A DNA stretch of 64,000 nucleotides from Novakomyces olei (lineage: Eukaryota), in the NCBI GenBank assembly GCA_016906335.1, contig JADEYG010000004.1, positions 620,001-684,000 on the forward strand, given 5' to 3'. Below are positions 22,801-34,311 of this stretch, piece after piece. Each line of letters begins with the position of its first letter. The stretch's first letter is position 1. The translations under genes and the position numbers were made by a program. The notes under the pieces are model-generated. The model was not told the origin of the DNA and ran no database searches. It saw nothing but the letters and a program-made list of their open reading frames with translations.

Positions 22801-23248
22801 CAAAATCAAAATCTGGTCAAAGAGTTATTTTTCCATATTATCCGATCACAAAATTACCGATTCACAAATCCCGTCCTGTTATCCGTTTAGCGCGTAAAAG
22901 TAGGGTTGTTGAATAAGGCAATTGGACATTGACGTGAGCTGTACAAAACCTGAGACCGCGTTTCCTCATTTGCGCGTCCAAATAACCAATAAATCGAAAG
23001 CTCTGGAGACCAAAACAGATTGGCAATATACATATCAAAGCCAACAGGTATTATAAATTCGTATATTATATCAGAGTACAAATATACTAATATTGTAATG
23101 TATACTAATATTTGCATACTAAGTTTATTTAGCATTTTCTCTGCAAAAGTGACTCTTTTACCACTGTGTTTATACGTGCAGAGCGCGCGTCAAAAGGCGC
23201 GTAGAGCGATAACGGGAAAATGGGCGTCAATTGAGCAAGACAGACTCG

Positions 23249-26200
23249 ATGAGCGGAGTACGCCACAAGAACAATTTTGACGAGCATTTTAGGTGGTTCC
23301 AGCAAACCAGGCCGCAGCATGTCGTCTTGTCCTCGCCGTATATTACAGCAAAGCTGACGAGTCTGAAGCGAGCAGGATCAGATCTGAGCCAGTTGCAGGG
23401 CTCTAAAAGGCAAGCAGTCGATCTGAATCTCGACGTTCGGAATGCGGAAGGCGTTGGAAAGGAGACAGCGCCATATAATGCTCTAGAAGTTGTAAACAGC
23501 GAAGATCTAGAGGCAGACGACAGTTTTGATGACGAGGCCGATAATCTCGATTTCAGGGAAAATGACATGAAACAGGTTGAGCGGTCGCCTCAGAGCAAAC
23601 AGCAGCAGCAAGTAAATAGTGTAACTGCCGATTGTTGCAGTACGCCCTTGTTGAAAGCTCCTATTGCTACTGCTTGTGCAAGCTGCCATAGATGGAAGGC
23701 TAAAGAGCAGATTTACCAGCAATTAATCGCGTTACTGTACGACAACATGAGTAACGGCAAAAAGGGGAGTGAAATTGCCTTTTTACGGGCTCGACTGGCT
23801 TCTTTTGCGGATGGCGACATGCAGCCAGCGAGTGGTTCGAGTAGTTTGCTGCCAATGACGCCAGTAAGTAAGACGTATACAGCCAGCACAAGACCGGCAG
23901 CTGTTGCGGATATTGAGCTTCCACACTGTCAGGAATTGCCTTCTACTTTTGTCACGGAAACTCCTTCGCCACTGAAAGCTAATGGCCCAATGAGAGTGGC
24001 AAGCAATATGGATAATAGGGGCCAAAGTCGACCGGAGGCAGTTTGCAGTGTGCAAGACGAAATTGGGGGGAAAGACGGAAAATCTTCGGGATCGAATACA
24101 GCGGTGAGTGCAACCTCTAAGCAGCAATCTTCTCAGGCTCAATCGGAAGCTACGTACGTTCCTTCTGACGACGAAGAACAAGAAGACGATCAGATGGAGT
24201 TCGAACAAGAAAGGGAAATGGAACAGGCACAGGCACAGGCACAGGCACAGGAACATGAACAGGCACAGGAGCAAGACATGTTTGAAGGCGAATCGAGTTT
24301 AAATGACGGGAGATTAGCCCGGCAAACGCGGTTTGGGCAGAGCTTACGAGACAGGGATGAGGATTATGAAGGAGAGGAAGAAGACGGAGAAGAGCTAAAC
24401 AATCAAGACGAAGACGACGATTATTTTGACGGCGATGATGAGATCGAGATGAGCAAAAACTTGTGCGAAATCGAACTGTCGGCGCCTTCGTTTAACGAAG
24501 CAGAGGCCTTTCATATATCTGACGAAGAGGACGCCGGCCTTGATTCAGACTGTATCGTATTAACCAGTGATCCTGTGGAGGAAGACTGTGCCCGTGTGCC
24601 GTTACGAGACGTGAGCAACGCGTCGTTTCCTGTTGATTCGGCTACAGCGGCAACCAGTGACACGAATGGCAAGGATTACAATTGTAACAATAGATATAAC
24701 GCAGACAACAGCACTCATGCCGGTTATGATACAAGGCAAGACTTACTGAGGGAGACGTCTCCCGATTTAACACAGGCACAAATGCAGTATCCCTGGTCGA
24801 AGGATGTAGCAGCTGCTCTTCAACAGATTTTTCACCTGCAGAAATTCCGCAATAATCAGCTGGAGGCTATTAATGCAACGCTTCAAGGTAAAGACGTTTT
24901 CATATTGATGCCAACAGGGGGAGGAAAATCGTTGTGCTATCAATTACCAGCTACCGTCGATTCCGGATCAACCAAAGGCCTTACACTCGTAATCTCCCCG
25001 TTAATTTCGCTAATGCAGGATCAGTTGGCACATTTACATCGTCTTAAAATTGCCGCTGATCTGATTAGCTCGGAGCAATCTGCAGAGGAAAGACGCAACG
25101 TATTTTCTGATCTTAAATCGTCGTACTGTAGCCTCAAATTGCTCTATGTGACCCCAGAACTGTTGGAAAAAAGCCAACAAATGATCAATACGCTGGCCTC
25201 CCTCTATGCCAATGGCCAATTAGCCCGTATTGTCATTGATGAGGCGCATTGCGTGAGTCAATGGGGCCACGATTTCCGGCCGGATTACACACAATTGGGC
25301 AAGATGAAGGCAATGTTTCCCCGGGTCCCATTAATGGCTCTTACAGCAACAGCCACGGAGATAGTACGGCAAGATGTCGTGGCCAGTTTACGAATGAGTG
25401 GCTGTTTGCAGTATAAGCAGAGCTTCAATCGCCCCAATTTATACTATCAGGTGCGGAAGAAAACTGCCGACTTCTTTGATCAAGTAGCCCAGTTTATCCA
25501 GGGCAAGCATCGGCATCATTCCGGTATTATATACTGCCTTTCGCGCAATAACTGTGAGCAGGTTGCCGCCAGGCTCACAAGCGATTACGGGTTAAAAGCC
25601 CATCACTACCATGCTGGTATGGAGAAAAGCGAGAGGAGTCGAGTGCAGGCAGATTGGCAGCAGGGTGAGTTTAATATTATCGTGGCCACGATTGCTTTTG
25701 GTATGGGCATCGACAAGGCAGATGTCCGCTATGTTATTCACCAGTCACTGCCTAAATCACTCGAGGGCTATTACCAGGAAACTGGGCGGGCCGGTCGGGA
25801 CGGACAGCCGAGCGATTGCCTCCTGTTTTTCGGGTACAAGGACAAGCAAATGCTCGAGAGTTTAATTGACAAGGGAGACGGGACCCGTGAACAAAAACAG
25901 CGGCAGAAGGCAGCAGTCCGACAGGTGATCTCGTACTGTGAAAACGAAGTTGAATGCCGGCGTAAACAGGTACTCGGCTACTTTCACGAGCAGTTTAATC
26001 CTGTGGATTGCCGGCACAGCTGTGACAATTGCCGCAGCGATTCTGTTTATCAGCAAAGGGATATAACCACAAGTGCAGTTTCTGCAGTTCAGCTGGTGGA
26101 AAACTTACAGGCAGGCAATTGGACTCTATTGCAAGTAGCGGAAATGCTACGTGGATCAAAAGCAGCAAAGTATAGGCGAGATGCTATTGACCACCTGCCG

Positions 26201-27564
26201 GGATTTGGTCGGATGCCGGAGTGGCAGAGGGCCGATATCGAAAGGATGCTCCACCAGCTGGTTCATGATGGAGTTTTGACTGAGCGGAATATCACAAACA
26301 AGATGGGGTTTACTTCTGCTTACATCAAACTGGGTAAAGTGGGAGAGTACAGGAGTCTTTTACTCGGGAAACGTAGTGTCGTCCTGGCTTTTAAACAAGC
26401 AGAGCGCATTAAAAAGGGAGGTATTGGTCGCGTGATAGAATCAAGAGCCGATATAACTTCTGCCGCAGTTCAGTACAATGACGAACTTGATGCTGATCAG
26501 GTTGGAAAAGTAAGAATGGGTCGGCCTGTAAGAGTTTCTGGTCAAAAGGAACCTGCTAAAAGTGCTCCTTCTTTCCACAGAATCGATCCGGAGCAATTAG
26601 GCAGTCAGCTCGAAATTTCTCCTTATGAAGCAGAATTAAGGTCACGATTCCTGCTGGAGGCTTTTGCTAAACGGACGAAGCTGGCAGAGGAGAATGATAT
26701 AAACAGAGCAAGCTCAATTTTTACAGATGAACAGCTCAATGTTATTGCAAAACATTTGCCAAAGACTATTGACAGCCTTACACGGCTGCCCAAGATGGAC
26801 GCTCAGCGCGCTCGACGGTACGCGGCTGATTTTATGCCGCTTATTAGGAAGTTTAGTAAAGAAAAAGAAGAGAATCTGGGGTAAGAAAGGCTTTATTTAT
26901 TTACTATTTATTATTTATTATTTATTTATTTTATCTGTTGTTTATTACTTATTTAATACTGTCTATTACTTGTTTATATTGGATCTAAATTGTTTTCTGT
27001 GATTATCAAACATATTCAATCGATGTATAGGGTTTATTGGGGTTGGTTTGTTGCATTCGTAGTCAATTACTTCTTCACCCGAAATTATCAGCCAGCTTTT
27101 TCATTGTTTCGACTCTACTTTTAACTTATCTCTTCCTTTTATTATAATCTCTTCTTTCTATTTTCATATCATGTTCATTACTAATAAGAAAAAGCGATAC
27201 TCAAGCTGCTGACGAAATTGAAGCTACCCAGTCTCAGCCTCAGGCTTCAACTACATCCAAGTTCTTTCGCAATAACGGCAACGAAATACCTGCAGCTGGG
27301 TCAAAAAGCTCAAATAGTTCTCAGCGCAGAAGAGGTGCCTCTGCCAGACGAAGCTATTCAGCAAGTAACTCAGCTGCCTCCAAATCGAATCGAAGCAAAC
27401 CTCCGTCTATTGCGTCTGCTCAGGCAACTGCAGCGCCTCGACGAGGATCTGCTCGAGGCGGGAAAAATAATGTGGCCGGTAGGAGCAAAAAGGATGCTAG
27501 AGCCAGTCAAACGCTACCACCAAACAGGCCAGGATTTGTAAAGTCTATGCCCCGTATATTTTAA
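23249..27564 (+). CDS. SGS1: RecQ helicase Sgs1/Rqh1/BLM; exons 23249-26880 and 27195-27564
   Basis: N-terminal KNNFDEHFRWF, FRNNQLEAIN, MPTGGGKSLCYQLP, DEAHCVSQWGHDFRPDY, YYQETGRAGRDG, RQC Zn cysteines and an HRDC-like segment. Intron GTAAGA..CTAAT..AAG gives an in-frame last exon. Confidence 0.96.
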
Positions 27565-27930
27565 GTCAGGACTATTATAATTAATGATGGGTTTTTCTAG
27601 AGCATTTTTGATATTGTTTGTGTTTAAGTAGTATTTCGTATTTAATTTGTATATTGACTTGACCTCTTTTACAAAAATGATTTAATTAAGAGTTGACACA
27701 GAATAAGCGTGTATTTACATTCTAATCCTCAAGTCGGTGTTTTATTTCTCCTTTTTTTTTCCAGGTCACATCAAATTAAAGCTGTTTATTATCTATAAAG
27801 AATTCGTATGTATAATAATTAAATAATATAGTATTTACTAGCAACGGCAAAGCCTTTCAATCAAACATTGTTTGTAATGCACGAACAGACATTCTGTATC
27901 ACCATTTCAACAGTATATTTTTTGCACCAT

Positions 27931-30553
27931 TCAATTCCGTCGCCAGGCAGAAAAAGAAGACAGTGAGCGAAACTCATATTGCTCTCTAAGCTGCCGAAGT
28001 TGTGACTCGAACGACGATCGATTATGAACAAACCTAAAAATCTTTTCCACGATAGAAAGGCTCGCCGTACTCACAGTGAAGCAAACTATACCGAAAAAGA
28101 AAGTGCTGCAAAGTACATTCACAAAAAACTCTCCATTTATAAAAATTAGTCGACCGTATCCGTCTCCGGCCAAGAATAAATGGTTTTGCAAGCACAGCAA
28201 TTCGAGTGAAATTTCGCCACAAAAACACAGAAATTTAGAGTGCAATTTCCTAACCATAGTTGTAGAGTTGCGCAGCACGGCCATAGAAACAACAACTACC
28301 CATAGCGTAAATATTAAATAAAATTCGGTTATGTCCTCGCTGATAAATGCCGTTGTTGAAATAAAAGCAATTACGACAATACTCGCTATAGAAGTTCCAA
28401 ATCGGCTCAGAAAATTTAGTATTTTCTGCTGGTTTCCTGTTAAATTATTCGGTTCAATGAAGACACGAGACAAATGCAGTATGATGCTTGTAAAGTAGCC
28501 AGCGATAACTGCAAGAGCCTCTACAACTAATAGCCACTTTTCCAGAGACAAATTAGGGTTAAAACCCTTAGAATTTACCTTCAATGAAGGCGACTTTGAA
28601 ACGGAAGTAGTTGCTGCTGCTGAGATTGCAGCAAACCCAACGCAAAATAATAGAGTCGCAACGAATACTAATGCCGATCCCCATTTAAAGATTTGAGAGC
28701 TGTTGAGGGCTTTATTATTAAGTTTGCGAGTAAAATTGGTGCAGATCCAAATTGCTATTGACCAAACGGAAAGAGAAAATGAGTAATGGTAAAAAGTGTA
28801 GTTGGAACTCATAACAGCACTCAAAATTAAAGGCAAAATGTTTAATCGGATCAAGTGCAAACCGATAAATTTGTAATTCGCATCACGATGTTGGAGACAT
28901 GTTTGCGTTAAACGAAATGCATTGGCGAAAAAATACATGGTTAAAAGGAGACGGAAAATGCTCATTCCGGATACGGAATATTCCATTTCAGTATAGACAA
29001 TTACAATTAGAAACATGGAAGAAAACCCAGTCCATTCGTCGATTTGCAAGTCAGATATAAAATCTTGCGATTCATTCTGATCTTTCCAAACCGTAACGAG
29101 ACTCACAATTGTTGATAGGGAGAAAAAGCTCCAAAAGAAAACGGGTTCGAGCACAAGATTTTGTTTCCCAAAGGTTTGTGTTCGATCGGCCAAGTATGCA
29201 CTAGTAGCACAGACAAGTAAGGCTGTTAGATTTGCCGTGAATGATGCATCATTATACTCTAGTTATTAGTATATCTTTGATAAATATACTAGAATTAAAA
29301 AAGTTAAGTCCAAGTTCAAAAACGACATAAATTAAAAATTAAAAAAACAATAATATAAAATAAGGTAAAATAAATTGTAATTAAGATTAAATCTAAAACA
29401 AATAGTAGAGTAATTCTAATCTTTATCAACTTATACTAAATAAGGCCGGTTTTTAGTTGACAGTACCTTTTCGAAACTTCAATAAAGTAAACCCAATCAT
29501 GACGGTTACCAATAATGAAAACCCGTACTTTGACCATAATCCGAGTTTAGGGTACCGAAAACAGCAAGTATTGTTAAAAGGTGGACGAATATATGAGCGT
29601 TCATTGCAAAGCAGATTAACAATCACATTAGCTTGAGCAAAAGAGACATTTGCTTCATTATGAATGCCGCCGCTGTCTTTTGCATTTGCCAAATCTTGGT
29701 CAATCATCTCAGTAAAACTGTTCAAGTATTGAAAAGGCGTTAGTGACAAGGCATCTTTTAAATAAATATTAAACTTTGCTATAGTAGACGAAAGTAGCAA
29801 TTTCTTCAGGTCCAGAGGCAAAGCTACCTGATTGAAACCGGGAATAGGCAAGAATACGACACTGCTACCATTTTGCTCCAGGTGCTTTCCCATCTCAATT
29901 TCAATGGTAGAAATTACGCGGGCAACAGTCTCTTGGAAATCTTGATAGGCTAATTCACTGTTTGCGATAAACTCATAGCCAAAGCCTAAAATCGTAGTCG
30001 TTTTTTGACCCGGTTCAAGAAAAGAGATTTTGCTGGAACCATTGCCGGCTAACCGATCAAGCTCTGGATCAAGAGAAAAGATTAACTGCATTCCTCCATA
30101 TTCGAGTCTAGCGTCAGCTGGCTCACTTGCTAGTTGTTCTTGTGGAAATTGTAGAATTTGTGCCAAAGAGCGAAAAACGTCAAACGCCAAAAAATCTCCA
30201 ATAATATGGATCGGCTGTGCATCCAGACACGATTGAGCTGCAGTCTGTGGGAATGATCCGGGCGCATTCAATAAACAAGATTGAGGCGCCCATAATCCCT
30301 CTTCAATTGAAGCCCAATAGCCTTCGTTTATAAGCGAAGAGCATCTTCGTGGATCAGTGAAGTCTGGTTGTCGTCAGCACACGGTGGTCACGTCGGTCTT
30401 GGTTACGCGACACGCAAAAACACAAGCTGGAAAATAAAATAAAATGTAAACAGATAAAGAAACGGCCCTCGTACCCCAAGCAATGTACGTGCCTATTTTG
30501 CATAGCAATATTATCGCTACGATACACCATGAGGCACAGAAGCTCATCGCCAT
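27931..30553 (-). CDS. CAS1: Cas1/CASD1-family O-acetyltransferase homolog (SGNH-like domain + multi-TM domain); exons 30553-30475, 30363-29467, 29258-27931
   Basis: DPRRCSSLINEGYW, QANVIVNLLCN, PPFNNTCCFRYP, YLADRTQ.FGK, QIDEW.GF, LIRLNIL, CGEISLELLCLQNHLFLAGDG: Cas1p landmarks in the expected order. Confidence 0.85.
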
Positions 30554-30794
30554 TCACGCCTGTCAGCATGTGTCCCGGTGAACAATCAACTCGTTGGCAC
30601 ATTAGTTTTTTAGTGCCATTTCTCCTTTCGTATAAGACACTCCACTGTAGCGTTTGGCCGCGCTATTTATTGTAAGCGTATACTTTTTCCATACGTATTA
30701 AAGTAGCATACGTGTACCTGCAACGGAAAAACTTTCATAGGCTATAAACCGTTATATCCTATAATACTCCTAGTGTCTCGATTTCAGTGGTAGC

Positions 30795-30884
30795 CACCAA
30801 GTAATATTGAGGATAATACGAGAGTCACCAAGTAATATTGAGGATAATACGTGAGTCACCAAGTAATATTGAGGATAATACGAG
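30795..30884. repeat. 31-bp tandem repeat x3 (CACCAAGTAATATTGAGGATAATACG[A/T]GAGT) in the divergent CAS1/MFS promoter
   Basis: Units start at 30795, 30826 and 30857. Confidence 0.92.
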
Positions 30885-31114
30885 CTCGGAGTAAACACAT
30901 CGTAATATACTTGGCGTTATATAATGAATTCTACGGGGGAACCGAAAAGTTTCGCGTATTACTTGGGGACGCTATATGAATGGAAATTTTCATTCTTTTT
31001 TTTCCCAATTTTTTATTTTTTATATAAGTGAGCGATTACATCGATTGGTCCAATTTTTACAATATTTACGAAATTGCAAGCACGTGTACCTCCTCTCGAC
31101 TAGAGTTCTCAGCA

Positions 31115-33784
31115 ATGGCGCACTTTGAGAGAGAAGATGTGCTGGAAAACAGATCAGAAATGGCCCCTTCACGTTCGGATGAAAAGTCCCAATATGCTGG
31201 AGCTTCTGAAGGCCGCAATGAGCCCTTGCATACTGCGACTATCGAATTGGCTGGAGTCGATCCTCTATATTTCAAAAAGGTGGAGATCTATAATGAAGCT
31301 CTCAGTGAAATTGGGTTCGGCCGATATAACATCGAGCTTTTTTTCCTGTGTGGATTTGGATGGCTAGCGGACAATTTGTAAGTTGAAATTCACGTCTTCT
31401 CCCTTCGTGGCTCCTGAGATTTGTTTATTTTGAGAATTGATGTCATTTGCTTTTGTTCGCTGGGGCAAGCATTCTGTGGTCAATGCTTTCCAACAGTCTT
31501 AAAAAATTATTTGCTATTCATTGGAGATTTATCATACAAGAGTACGAACTTAGCTTGTGAGCTTTTTTTTCGAATTATGCCCGGCTGTCTTTAAAAGGAG
31601 CTTTTGCTCAACATATCATTTTGCTATATTATTATTATCATCCTCTCCTCAATTTTTGCCACATCGAAACGTGAAACTAGGGGTGATTAATTTATGGATG
31701 ATTTGTTACTGATAATGAATTTTCATCGACGCCTGTTTGTTTGCCAACAACGAAATAGAATTCATTTCTCATTATTCGTTATTTAGTGTTTCGCGTTTTA
31801 TCTAATTTGTCACTTACTTCTTTTGTTTACTTGTGCGCCTATCAATTAGGGTCAGATCATTCTCAAGTAATCTCTTCTATTTCCTAATTGGTCAATTTGC
31901 AATATCAACTCAAATTTTGGTTGGCTAGCTACTTAATCTGTATAATTATGTGTTTCTATTGTTCGGCTGTAAGCGAGAAGCGAATATTCGCCTCCATTAA
32001 TCGTATTTATTGAAATAATTGCTAACTTATTGCACAGATGGCTTCAAGGTGTCGCCGTTATTCTACCGTATGCTTTTTTATTTATTTATTCTTTTCATCT
32101 ATTCCCGCTGTGATATTAAAATTATCAGACAAGTTGGGACGGAATTTGACGTTGCTGATCGTACTCCGTTTATTACGCTTTCGTTATATGTTGGACTAAT
32201 CCTCGGTGCAGCCTGCTGGGGTAAATTATATAATGACTTGAACATTTGTTTTGCTAAACTTTAATTATAGGATTTGGTAGTGACATTATTGGTCGCAGAC
32301 TAGCATTCAACATTACTTTGGCAATAACCTCCATCTTTGGTATTGCTGCTGGTGGAGCTCCCTCATTTGTTGGCCTCGGCGGTCTTGTCGCTTGTCTCGG
32401 ACTTGGTCTCGGTGGAAATTGTACGTTAAACTGTTTTACTTCAACATTCAGATTCCTCTATCTATGTAGTTTTTTATATTTTTATTTTTTTTATTTTTCA
32501 TTTATTTTTCATTTATTTTTTTTTTTATTCATTGGCATTGTGAGTCTTTTTGCATTGATGCTGTTTTCACTACTCGAAAATAATTTTCCTGCTCAGAAAG
32601 TCTTCGTTTTTCTTGCTTACATTCACTTTCAGTGCCTGTTGACTCTGCACTATTCATCGAATTTATTCCAGCCAAGAAACAGGTAAGTTCAGACGATTGC
32701 GAACTGGGAAGTATTTGTCTAAGTATTCTAGTACCTTTTGACTTTATTGAGTATATTTTGGAGCATCGGACAGTTGATTGCGTCGCTTATTGGATGGGTA
32801 TTTATCGCAAACTACTCATGTGACTCTTCGCTGTCTCCCGATCAGTGCCGCTCGAGCCAAAACCGGGGTTGGCGTTATATGTTTTATACCCTTGGCGCGT
32901 TTACCTTTGCCGGATTCATTGCCCGTTATTTTATCTTCAAGATATACGAGTCGCCAAAGTACCTTTTATCCAAAGGCGATGATACAAATGCTTACAAAGT
33001 CATTCAGCGGATTGCTCAAAGAAATGGGAAAGACGTTACCCCTTACCTCGACAGATTGAAGGCGCTGAGCGAAGCCAATGCTGATAATTCCGCGGATGAT
33101 TCACAAAGTCTGGTCACTTACCCAAAGCTGTCTCAGCGTATCCGACTATCGCTCTCACGATTCAGTATGGATCACTTCCGAGGACTGTTTAGTTCTAAAC
33201 GTTTGGCTCTTTCCAGTTCTCTTATCATCTTATTATGGGGTATGATTGGACTTGCCTACCCGCTGTACAACAGTTTTCTTCCCTTGTATTTATCTCAGCG
33301 TGATTCAAGTGCTTCCGGGGGTGGTGGAGTCAATGAGACTTATCGCAATTATGCTATTATCTCGGCTGCCAGTATTCCGGGCTCCATTATTGGAGCCATT
33401 TTGGTTGAGCTTCGGATCGGACGGAAAGGTGCAATGTCGATAGGCACATTGCTTTTAGGTGTATTTTTGTTCCTTTTTACTACTGCTCGTACCTCGAGTG
33501 CTGTTCTAGGCTTCAATTGCGCCGCCGGAGTCTGTCAACAAGTAATGTACGGTATTCTATACTCTTACACTCCGGAGGTTTTCCCCGGTCCTCATCGCGG
33601 AACAGGTAACGGCATGGCCAGCTCCTTTAACCGTATCTGCGGTATGATGGCGCCTATTATTACAGTCTATGCTGGAGCAAAAAACCCTGATGCCCCTATT
33701 TACGTATCAGCAAGTCTTTTCCTCGTTGCAGGCCTGCTGATGCTTTTGCTTCCATACGAATCTCGTGGCCGAGCTGCTTTATAA
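31115..33784 (+). CDS. MFS transporter (SV2/sugar-transporter-like), 6 exons
   Basis: GFGRYNIELFFLCGFGWLADN/LWLQGVAVILP, SDIIGRRLAFNIT, GGNLPVDSALFIEFIP, GWRY, ESPKYLL, YSYTPEVFP..RGTG. Five GT-AG introns; the first is ~660 bp. Confidence 0.92.
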
Positions 33785-34311
33785 CGGGTTTGCATACATT
33801 CATTATAGACATTATATTATATTCATTTGCCAATATAATCCGCACAAATATACCTTTACACCATGTAATTTGTGTGTTACTGAGAATTAATTTATATACT
33901 TAAGTAATTGCAATAGCCGCGTTGAAAGTAATATGACTGTATCGCCAAATGCTTATCGCACGCTAAGCGTTTCCTGTTGCAGACAAACCCAAGAATATGA
34001 TCTGTCAAAACGTTACGTGAATTCCAAATGTCTGTACCAATCACTATTGTTTTTTCATTCCTCCATCTACTCAAACGGGCGCAAATTCACAAAAATAGGG
34101 AGGCTTAACGGTTATGTTTCCTAATTAGTTGAGATTTGGCCAGAAAACCCTGCCCAAAGTTATACGCGTAGTCTACATACATAAAATATTATAAAGTCCA
34201 CTTATATGTTTTTATAGCTAATTTTACTGACCGGTAGCAAGACCAAGCTTTTATAAATAAACCAATACACATAACATGTAAATTTAAGTACCTATTTATC
34301 TCCACAAATCT

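Noticed and set aside
24850..24870. Alternative CUG decoding
   Set aside because: CTG encodes the conserved Leu of Sgs1 NQLEAIN, consistent with the standard code
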